Under the pieces are notes generated by a model, which was not told where the DNA came from, made no database searches, and worked only from the letters and a program-made list of their open reading frames with translations. 64,000 nucleotides of DNA, from the NCBI GenBank assembly GCA_040954595.2, contig CM082580.2, forward strand, positions 11,732,909-11,796,908, in the 5' to 3' direction. Origin of the DNA: Balanoglossus misakiensis (taxonomy: Eukaryota; Animalia; Hemichordata). Positions 52,001 through 64,000 of this stretch are shown here, one piece after another (the first letter of the stretch is position 1; each line of letters starts with the position of its first letter). A program made the translations under genes and the position numbers.

Positions 52001-55000
52001 CTTTGAAATCACCCCCACAGCTGTTACTAGATATCTGAAATTTCTCCAAATATTTCTGATAAGTACCGTACCTGTTTGCCAGCATCGCTCACAGTTGCCA
52101 CTATGACACGGTTCATCACATTTATGCAGACCACAGCTCAGCTTGCGACCGCACACCAATGGACAGATGTGCTCCTGGTCCTGCAATGTTATTCAATGCC
52201 AGTCAATGTTCCAAGCGTAATTCAATGTCAATCAATGCTACAAGTGTTATAAGCCAGGGAAAATACTGAAAGATCTAAATGACTGTACATTGACTCACCA
52301 CACAACATCTTTGGTTACATCGATGCCTTCCACACTTTCGTTTCCTATTGCAGCGTTTATCGCAGCTAGGGGGTCCTGATTTGATGGCCAGCTCTGCACA
52401 GGGTACTTCCTTATCCATGTAGCCACACTGACATTTGACAGTGGAAAGACCAGTGCAGGGGCCGCAATCGCCCTCATGACAGGTGTACTTACACAAATGC
52501 TCTTCATCTGTGGGGGAAACAAGACACAAGATAAAGTTAAAAACCTCTGGAATCAGACAGAAAACCAACTGATTTTTGTGAATGTTAGCATGCCCGATAC
52601 TTCTATTCCACTGTGGTTCACACACGCCCAGCTACTCATTAAATTCCCAACGTCTAAATTCTTATTTCCTGCAACGAGAACTGGTAGCATCATACTCACC
52701 TTCACTGCCACATTTGAGTTTCTTGTTACAGATCTGATCGCATATTGGTATTGGATCAAGACACGACGTTCTGGACTTGTTACTCGACAGAAGCGATGAG
52801 AGAGGAGTCTGACCACAGTGACAGTGAGTCACCAGTGATGGTGTTAGCTGACACGGTTGACATGGGCCTGAGTGACATTGATCTTCACATGTGTGGTTAC
52901 CACACGACAATTGCCTGATAGGGAAAAAAATATGATCTGTTCCATCCAGTTCTTGCACTTACAGCGATAGGGTTGGACACACAAACACTATCTAATAGCA
53001 CAAATACAGATCAGCAACAGAATGGCAATAAAAATGCACAGCAAAACTGTGAAGTGTTCATCACATACCTTCCACACTTTTCTTCACAAGCATAACAACC
53101 AGGCCCATCCTTGGCTTTGCTTACTTCGCTTCCACACGGAACTTCCTGGCTGGATTTACCACAATAACAATCTGAGAAGAGGAATCATAATAATGAGGTT
53201 TAAAATAGTAAATTTTGTTCTAATAATAGTAAAGGGGACTGCAACTGAAATCTCAGAGCTATTTTAATTGTACTTTACAGTACATCGGTATGCAAAATTA
53301 CCAGTAAATTAAATAAATGACATACCTTCTTCAATCATGACAGTACAGTCATCGCACTTGTCCTTATGACAAATTCTTTTACAACTATGTATCCCACAAT
53401 TCAACTTTTTGGCACATATCGAATCACAGTGGACTTCCATTGCTGTTCCACATCGAATGGATTTCTTGGTTTTACCACAAGCGCACATTTTGGTGACTGT
53501 CACCGGACATGTTGGACATGGACCTGGATGACATAATCTGCAGGATAGAATGCAAACATAATCATTATGCAAGTGTCTGGATATTCTGAGTACGTAACGA
53601 TTTTCCTCTACCCCTCCTGACACTTTCATATCATTGACACCCAACATAATTTATATTTAAAGTAAAAACACAGACAATCTGATGAAGAGACACTTACATA
53701 TTGCATGGATGAGGGCAGGACGAATTTGCACGTCTTTTTCTGCAGACTTCTCCGCAGCTGTGTGGCGTCTCCGTTCGCTGCCAGGCTGGTTCTCGGACCT
53801 TGCCACAGAAACACCTGTACGCATTTGGCGCTTTGGTGCACACATTCTGGCACGCTGGACATCTCCAACCATTGGAACTCTCCACTGAAACACACAAACC
53901 AACCAGTAATGATGACACATCCTTTCATGATTGCATGAGAGCAAAGCTTTGATTGGACCTTGACCTATATACTTTGACCTAAGGTGACGTTCACAAAAGC
54001 AACATATCGGTCAATGACCTGGAACTTTGAACAATGAAATATGAAATTACAGATCTTCAGCTGGTACATGTACCGTTACAACTGGCTTTACCTGTGAGGG
54101 TTGCTACTGGCGACCGGGCCCACTTCCTGATACAGTGTAAATGGAAGACTGTGTAACAGCCGTGACAATTCCAGACGGCTGATTCACACTTGATGACTTC
54201 ACAGCACACCATGCATTCGTACGATGCATTTGTGAGGGCTTCTATCATGGATCCTGTGGAGATAGCAACATAAAAATACCCTCTGATTCTTGACAATGTG
54301 ACTGTACCCGTGTTCTAGGACTCACTGGCAAGAACCTAACTCAGTATAAATTAATTAACAGTCTGTTTTCTGAATTACCTGAAATCTTGAGAAAACACTT
54401 GAATGGTTTATAGTGATTTGAACAAACCTGTTTGGCTTTCATTGCTGGTCTCTTTCATATTGACAGTATTCTTCCTCCTCCCTGACGACAGATTTTCATA
54501 ACTTGACGATCTTGAAGACTGCGAAGTTGACCAGCATTTCAGGGACTTGCTCCTTCCCCCTTCCTTCTTGCCGAATTTGTCTCCATCTGGTAATCTGGTG
54601 TTTTCCTTGTCTTTGTTCTTTTTCCAGGGTTTTTCCTTCACTTTGCCCTGTGCCGGGCTGTCTCTTTCCTGTAGTCCTGCCTTGTTTCTCTGAGTGGAAG
54701 AGTTGGTCTCATTACTATCATTTGATTGTTCTATTTTCACTTGATCTGAACTCTGGCTCTGCTCTGATGCAGTAATCTCTAAACTTGTCGCTGGTCTGCC
54801 ACCTGATCTTGATCTGCTCCTGTGTTTACCGCTACGCTCTAATGATAATGACCTTCTCCGAGGCTTGGCTTCTTGTCTACCACCGTTTCTCCCTTGTTTT
54901 TCTCTGTTCTTATTATAACCAGACTGGCTGGAATCTTTCCTTTGGTCTCTGTCGTTCCTCCCCTTGTTGTCTCTAGAATGCCAAGTAGGATATTTGGCTT

Positions 55001-56148
55001 TGTTGGACCTGAATCTGCCACTTGGCTGACCAGACATCCGTGTGCTACTAGTACTAGTGTCAGACACTAGGTTGATCTCTTCTGCATTTTCAGATAACTT
55101 CTTTCCAGATTTGACATTTCTGTCTTTCGAAGACGACCCTGACTCCTGTGTTACGTTTGCATCAGGGCCATTTGTTTTCTCGCTGTTTCTTTGGTCATCG
55201 TTTGATGCACCGCCGCTTTTTTCAGATTTGTTACCATGCCTCTGCTCCAACGGTCCTGTACTGCCATCACTGTTATTTTGCCTTGATTCTTTTTTCGTGC
55301 TGTATTGCTTGGGTCTGGCACCTTGCCTTTCATAACCATTCCGTTTGTTGGAATAACCAGAAAACTTTGCATCGGGGCGATAGTCTCTACTTCTCTGGTT
55401 TTCATGTCTGTGGTAATTTCTTCCCCCTCCACCTCCTTGTCTCTGGTAAGACTGATTCTGGCGGCCAACGGGCGGAACATGATGAGAAGTTGGATACCCC
55501 TGCGTTGGATAAAACGGCATGGTATGGTAGTATCCTGTAAATGGAGGACCTTGGTATCCATGGTAATCAGAGTAGCCATGGTAACCTGGATATGCCATAT
55601 TAGCAGGTGAAGAAGGACTGTATGTGTGAGGAGTATAAGGAAGTGTTCCTGTATGATGAACTGGATTAAACAGCTGTTGAACGTTCTGATTCTCAGACTG
55701 TTGATTTTGTTGCCATGACGCAGGATCTGAATGAGCTCTAGAATGATGTCTTCCATCTGAAGAACCTGTAAGCAATTAGGAAAGTCAAACAATACTTTAA
55801 CAACATTATTGTGATACTGTATGTTGGTATGAAACAGATTACTGTGGGGGGGGGGGGTTCTTGGCACTGGCAGTACCGTAGCTCGAGGTTTTGCAGCTCT
55901 TTGGCCGGCACTGGTTTACAACCCCCAATATCTGGAAAAACCTCGAACTATGGTACTGCAGCTTTGCGCACATCAGCCGTGTAACATACCGCAGACAAGC
56001 AAGGGGGCGTGTACCTCTTTACTTGGTTACGAATACGAACCCATGCCCAGTGCTACCTGTGGTTACAAATACGGAACACTGTGGGACGTGGCGAAGATAC
56101 GTGTACTTTTGACTCGTGTACAAAACCTAGCTTACCTGTATCTGACAT
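49057..56148 (-). CDS. NFX1: Transcriptional repressor NF-X1 (RING, NF-X1 zinc fingers, R3H)
   Basis: ~20 coding exons: first 56136-56148 (MSDTG), large low-complexity exon 54428-55765, last 49057-49144. [12 protein letters not shown]...[20 protein letters not shown]; WRCPACQ; many CG.H.C...CH.G.C..C repeats; R3[21 protein letters not shown]...SYDQEPKRN; C-terminal IDYFD as in vertebrate NFX1-123. Confidence 0.95.
55870..55960. mobile_element. Short inverted-repeat/MITE-like element in NFX1 intron 1
   Basis: gcagtaccgtagctcgaggtttt ... aaaacctcgaactatggtactgc: 23-bp arms with 2 mismatches. Confidence 0.6.
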
Positions 56149-57681
56149 GCTGTAAAATAGTGACGAAATGGTTCTTCTGCTTATTTAAAAGACCGCAGTG
56201 GCTATATTTAGAAGCATTACGTTTTGTTTTTGGTGGCTGGTTTCGTCACAACATGTGCGCTGCCATCTTGGATTTCATGCGCTTGCGTAATGTCAGCTTC
56301 CGCCCTATCCCTTTAGCGTAGCGCAGCCAGCGGTGGGATTGGGACAGGGAACCAGACTACAAACAAATGCACATCGTTGATGGTGCTCATCTACTGTCTA
56401 TAGACAAACTGAGACAAAAGGAAATGCTGATTTGGAATTCGAATTCTGCTTATGCACCAAATACCCCTATTATGATGAGCCTAATTGATAATGCTAACGA
56501 TAGAGTCGCCAGTGCGGGGAGTGTCAGAAGCACACAATGGCAAATATTTATGAGTTATCGCACACGCCCCTTCTTGATAATCGTCAACGGAATAACACTG
56601 ACTAACAAAGGTTATTAAAATGGAGAGTGAACAGACATGGAATAAATGTTTATTAGAATAGTTCATGTATAAACAGCGTGATTGGTATAGGCCTATAGAG
56701 ACCCAGGTTTGAGCATGCAATCTGATTAAGAACGACTGGACAGGTGGACCCTTTCACTCTTCAAAGCACCTATACTTTAATTAACCATGATCAATAAAGT
56801 ATCCTTTAGTTTTTCGTGGTCCCATGTGATCCCATCCACGTTTTAATCATTTTCAGACAGGCTGGTCGGTACAGAAGTCGGACGTTTGCCGAAAATGGTC
56901 TTTTTAGCAGACTTGCCGAGTCCTGTTGCATCACTGGCTTGGCTAATACAATTTTGGCTTTGGTGTTTCCATGGAGCTATCATAGTGGTGGTAGTTCCAT
57001 GATCTACCTGTACCACCAAATTTACAAGAAAGGGACATCGATTCACATTTGTACCCTCTATCTGACTGCCAAGGCTTTGTTCACCACTCGTAATCACGCA
57101 TGCTTCTGTCTGCGCTCGACAGTGGAATTCTTTTCAAATGCGATTCTCACACACGCCCATCGTACCATGAATATTTTTCCTTGTGGTGGCGAGTTTCTCC
57201 TGACCCCGTGACCTTTGGTCTGCTCTACCACGCACTGAACTTCGCTATTAAAGCAGGACTGGGCGAATCCTGCAACCAGAACGATAAGCGTAGGTATTTG
57301 GTCCCGATCGACTTGTCGATTACTTGTCACGATAGGGCCGTAGTTGGTTATTAACGTTTACATTGAACGGAAATAGTTGGAGGACTATGGAAAAGCTATG
57401 TTGGTGCTGACAAAGCCTTGTTCGGATCTTTGGGATATCTTCTCCAGAATAGCGAACCGCTTGGTTCACTCGAGCCGGTTATTTTAGGTTCGGTGTTAAT
57501 TACGGTCAGTACTCCCTTCCGAGATACGCCCCCTTAGTATACTGCCACCGATATACATATGTACGTACACACGGAGGATCAAAAGCTGTGCATTCCATGT
57601 TCAAGGTTCTTTGTCTTTAAAAATCCCGTACTTTGGAGGTGAGTGCAAGTTCAGGGGGATTTGCAACAACAAAGGGGGATC

Positions 57682-60600
57682 ATGGCAGCAATGGAGGATA
57701 TCAACAAGAACACTGACTTGATGATAGCAGTAGCTTCCATGTTGGAATTCTACAACGACCCACCCTCGCAGATTTTCAACAGTAAATACGAGGGCGGAAT
57801 CAAGCGGATTTATCGGAAAGATGACAAGATAAACGTGTTCATCCAGTCACCCGGATACAGGGCTTACTTTCCCAATACCTGCGGAAGGTGAGTATAAATA
57901 TCAGACAGTTCTCCGACTGTTGAGATGCTTCCTCATTACATGAGGCAAGCCATGTCTACATGTTATTAAGCTTGAGCAACAATTGTCAAAACTGTTTAGA
58001 AACATACATTCAAAATCCGGTTTGTCGTTTCAATTAATATAAACCTTGCCCTAACTGTAATCACAATACGGATTCCTGTAGAGTGACCTACATACCTCAC
58101 AGACCGAATATACAGGGTCAGCTTGTATATTCATTCGTATATTTCTCAAATTAGAAACAGACGACGTTTTACACAGTGTTTTAAGACATCCCACGAGTTT
58201 GATGCTAAGAGAAATCTGTTTGAATGTCGATTTTTAAACTAAAACGTTTAGGTCCAATGCGTGCGACCCCTTGAAAGCAGAGACCATAGAAAGTGTCACG
58301 GTGCTTGGTGGTGTTATTTATGGTTTTGTTGTATGCTGTGTCCCTGCTATAATTATTTGTTCAGTCTTATCCATATTTATAACTTGGGAGGACTCTATTT
58401 AATAGCGACGTATAAATAGCCGATTTTTACAAACTAGATAGATGAGTGGGGCCCCTTGCCCCACACGTGAGGTCCAGCCACCTTGACGAGAATCGGCCGC
58501 ATCGGTACAACTTTCACCAAGATTTTTTTCTACCAGCATGGACTGACCGAGTTTTAACACTTTGTTTGCCGTCAGCTACCATTGTTCTTTTTATGTCAGA
58601 AACAACACTTCCCTGACCTTTGGACTAGAGGTAGAGGTCTGTAGTGTTATCGCCATCTTCGTGTGAACAATCGCAATATAAAGCAATTATTCTATGTATT
58701 TGTATAATTAAACCCACCCCCGCCAGTTCCAAAGCTTGCTGTATTACCAACTTATAAACACATTCCTTGTTTTTTTCTCGTTTTTCCCTTCAAAACATTT
58801 CTAATCTAGCGTTATTAAAGTTGAAACATACGAAGAACTCGAAGAATGGACAGAAAAGCTGCTATCCAAACCAAGTCTAGTCGACGTCCACTGCAGGAGG
58901 GTATCGGTCACACGTGACCAATCTAGTGAACACCTCGTCAGAGATGGTGAGTACCCGATGGGCGTGCGTGTAATATTGGAGATGCTCGTTGAAACCCAAA
59001 TTTGTAATGTTCCCATATTAATATTTTCATGAAAATAAAATGCATATGGTGAAATCTTTCCTTTACTACTAACTTTTGGCCAAAGTTGCTTCTATCTGCA
59101 AACTTTGACATTTTGGAGATGGTCTCGGAACACGCAAGTGACTAACTGCGCTCCTTTCTATATCATGGACCGTAGCTACATTCGTGACCAAGGTCTAGGT
59201 CTGTTTTATGACTCGATTTTAACGCTTTCTTTTTCCTCCATTATATTTAAAAAATAATGACGTATATTTCTCTTGGTAGGATACTTCGCTGCCATAATAA
59301 ACCCAAACAATCCTCACATGAAAAATCAAATAGAAAAGGCTCTGGATGGAGCACGAAGAGCAATGAAGGATGGGAAACGTTTTATTTTGGAAGTAAGTTG
59401 ACAATGATACTGATCGTGCAACATCCGCGTCACGTAAACTACTGGGCGTGCTTTAGGCGAAATTACATGAAGAATGCCGTAACTAAACATTGCAATTCTT
59501 CACCCTTCCCCTTAAAATAAACAATTTAAAACAACTTCTCAAATCAGTCATATTTAATCTGTAGCGACGACCCGGAGTAAGGGCTCATTTACCCCATCGT
59601 TGAAGTAGTTGAGTAACTGTTAGTCAAGACATCTACTCGCCTGGTACTGAAAGATTGTCTCGCCTATTGTTATCATTGCTGTTTCACAGTTTGACGTGAG
59701 CAGTGCAATCCAGGAATGGTTCTCGGAAAAGGTCAAAGATCAAGTGCAATGCGAATATGGCAAAATCACAGTAGCCAACACATATATTTATGAAGACATT
59801 CAAGATGCTTTCTGCAGTACAACTCTCGAGAAGTTTCTCTGGTGCGGCTGTTACCTCGGATCTTCATCTATTTACGCGGTAAGTATATATTATTATATAG
59901 TATATACAGGGTCAGGAATTGTATACAGTTCTGTACGATAATATACTGTGTGTACAATGTAGTTGTTTATGAATCGCAAAAGATTTCTTATCTATACTTT
60001 CCAACAAAACAGACCTTGCGTCGGTTTAATCATGGATGTAACAAGAGATCCCTGTTTGGTGTTTAATCATTGGTTTCAAACGGAGTTGCCAATGGGTATA
60101 CGATCAACTGTTTGATGCAGAGATGTGAAATGTTCCTTCTATATGAATTTTGAGAGTCGATGATATTGGCCACCCGTATGTTAGAATTTCTCCTTATCTA
60201 CATTTTTCTTTTACAACAGTTGCATAGATTAATTCTCTGTCAAAATATCACCGTAACTTTGTCGGGAATAACGACGCAGTTCAGTCCACACATTGACGAC
60301 GCCATCAACAGTACTGAAGTTATCGATCAAGAACCGATTTTAAGAATTCCATCTCTTCCTCCTCTTGATACGACTACTGCAACTAATAACGGTAAGATTA
60401 CGTAGCATGCTGTGTTTGGTCTCGTTTATTTGAAATCTCAGACATTCAATTACCCTGCGCAACTCGATTGTCATGATTGGAATATTTTTTACTCCCTGCA
60501 GGTAAGGTCGACACACCCCGTAGCCGATCGCCCAGTCCCGTAAGGCCACCTACGATCGGATCGGAGAACGCCCAGCCGTCTGATACTGCGCAGTCATCTC

Positions 60601-60764
60601 CGAGCAAACCCGATACGACAAATAATAACTCGCCACAGGAAACCCACAGTCAGCCTGAGACTAAGACAAGTGGGACAGACGTAACTGTTGCAGACAACCA
60701 ACTCGATCAGGCGCCTGAAACGACGGAAGACGACACTGCAAATTTAGTTGTGTACTATGTTTAA
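57682..60764 (+). CDS. Uncharacterised protein, paralog B (359 aa, 6 exons)
   Basis: Exons 57682-57887, 58810-58946, 59280-59392, 59690-59878, 60220-60391 and 60502-60764; all GT-AG, phases 2,1,0,0,1; 1080 nt in frame. Homologous to 40195-42148, with an S/T/P-rich disordered tail. Confidence 0.82.
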
Positions 60765-61815
60765 AGAAGGCCGCCAATGAACACTTCAACTATTTTTTTG
60801 TAACCAGTCTTTTCTCTACTGTTCAACCAACTCAGGAAAAACGCCAGTAGGATTTTGAAGACTGCACATGCACGTGCGACTTTTCTGTTTATAAACTCAT
60901 TGTTCCCACTGTTGAGGGAGACTCTGTCAACCAATACATGTCAAAGTAACTTGCTAGCAAATGTGTCGTATGGGATCCCATACCCGCAGCCGCAGACGGG
61001 ACGACGCCCATCCATAAAAATACTAGTACATGTAGTCCCAGTCTTTCGATGCGGGTGCTACTAAATATTCCGAACTTTTAACATATTATTTACAATTACT
61101 GACAACGCATTACTAATTTTCATTTACCTCAGTCCAGCTGATTTTACATAATGTGCTAGCTTCGGGGTTCAGTTATTCAGGAATTATTTCCAAGCTTTTT
61201 GGTATACCGCCATTTCTTCAATATCATTTTCAACTGTGTGTGGAGAATATTAATCTATTTGGAATTGGTTCTTTTTACTTAAGCGACAGTTGGCTGTAAC
61301 TTTTTTCCCCAATCTTTTTGTATCTGTTTATGTCTACTGAATATTATCACCGATATATTATCGGTACACTCATCACAAAAATGTCTCTGGACGATCGCAT
61401 AGTCAACTCGTGCTCTGGTATTTCCAGTAAAATGGTTTCTACTTGTTTTGTATGAAACTTTTCGGAAATTTAAGCTGAATCCAGTTGTTTACTAAATAAA
61501 ATATTGGAAGCATTTCCTTAAAACTATGTGACGTGTACATTATTATTACACATGTACTACTACGACGACGACGACGATAAAAGCTGGGTTTATATTTTAA
61601 AGTTCCCCACTGTCATGAAGCGGAGGTAGGCTGAGCAAAGGACGAGTTAGATCTAAGACCAAACATTCATGTACAGTTGAGGTTGCAAGTATTTGTTCAA
61701 AGCAGACCAACGATGAAAACCCAATAAAGAATCGACATCAGTCTAGCAAAATGGATAGTGAGATGTTTAGAAGTACCACCGCTAAATCTGCGGCCAATTC
61801 TGACTCCTCTTGGTG

Positions 61816-61833
61816 TAGCGCCACCTGCGACCA
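61816..61833 (-). promoter_or_regulatory. CTCF-like motif at the MLH1 promoter
   Basis: TGGTCGCAGGTGGCGCTA on the minus strand closely matches the CTCF core; it lies just upstream of a probable 5' UTR exon (donor gtaagt at 61938). Confidence 0.45.
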
Positions 61834-62420
61834 AAAACTGAAAACTATCGAGCTAGCAGACGCTAGGCGGTGCACCGACCGATCTGCACTGGTGCCGGAG
61901 AATGTTTTGAAATACATGAATATTGTCTTTCGTGTTTGTAAGTACAGTCTTAACACTCATTCTGTTGTGTTAGTCACAGTTTAGGGGGTTAGTTGTGGAC
62001 TGGGGTGACTTTTGGCCGGATGTATATTTCAGCCACCCCTCCCCCCGCCCTGAGTTCAGCCGAGGTCGCGTCATAGGCCACTGTCACTCCTGGAGTGACC
62101 GGGTGTTTATGTCAAGTTCACAGTACATTTCATCAATGTATCCGGCAGATCTGAGCAACCCCGACATCACGACGATCGCCTTCGTGTAGATCTGTAGGTC
62201 TGTATATACATTCCAGCGTGGCAAGCTAGGATGCTGATCAAAACACGGCTACCCTGACGATGGACGCACCACACTAGGACGTAGCTACCAACAATTAAAC
62301 ATTGCAACATGCGGTGTTGTGTGCATATGATGTGAAATTTACAAGCTATTGAGAACTTTTCTCGCAATGTTTTATATTTTTGTTTCTGTACCACAGAATG
62401 ACAGACAGTTAATGAAGTGA

Positions 62421-63943
<1,523 letters not shown>

Positions 63944-64000
63944 GTTAGTCTTAGTCAGTTCATTGGTTAAAAAACCCTGGGAACCGTCATAACAGGCCAA

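Noticed and set aside
55065-55105. PAM2 motif in the NFX1 N-terminus ([10 protein letters not shown])
   Set aside because: Lacks the essential F-x-P of PAM2.
56816-57354. Cluster of 78-131 aa ORFs between NFX1 and paralog B
   Set aside because: No recognisable motif or consistent splice model; left unresolved.
58810-58870. PH-domain assignment for paralogs A/B from VETYEELEEWTEKL
   Set aside because: It resembles the PH C-terminal helix, but the preceding ~70 aa do not clearly show the seven-strand pattern; needs structure prediction.

Overview
Intron-rich, AT-rich animal genomic DNA; an invertebrate deuterostome such as a hemichordate is my inference from gene content and intron positions. 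The first third is dominated by a ~14.5-kb head-to-tail array of 87-bp monomers (2737-17230). The array is layered A-C-B-C-A from three monomer families that keep the same length and three invariant motifs. It is followed by a ~3.3-kb block with two more tandem repeats and a multi-exon, apparently non-coding minus-strand unit that points at the array. All long ORFs in 4-15.5 kb are artefacts of the 87-bp (29-codon) period. The rest is gene-dense. Spliced models read by hand, in order: a small RG-rich gene (+, tentative); a Pro/Tyr-rich PPxY protein (+); an SLC16 MFS transporter (+); a polypeptide GalNAc-transferase (-); unknown-family paralog A (-); an intronless TRIM with an acidic tail (-); a Shisa-like single-pass protein (+); NFX1 (-); unknown-family paralog B (+); and the 5' part of MLH1 (+, with a GC-AG intron). 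Paralogs A and B share exon-by-exon homology and identical intron phases, but I cannot assign their family. Several small MITE-like inverted-repeat elements are present. All exon coordinates and alignments were derived by eye; no database searches were run.
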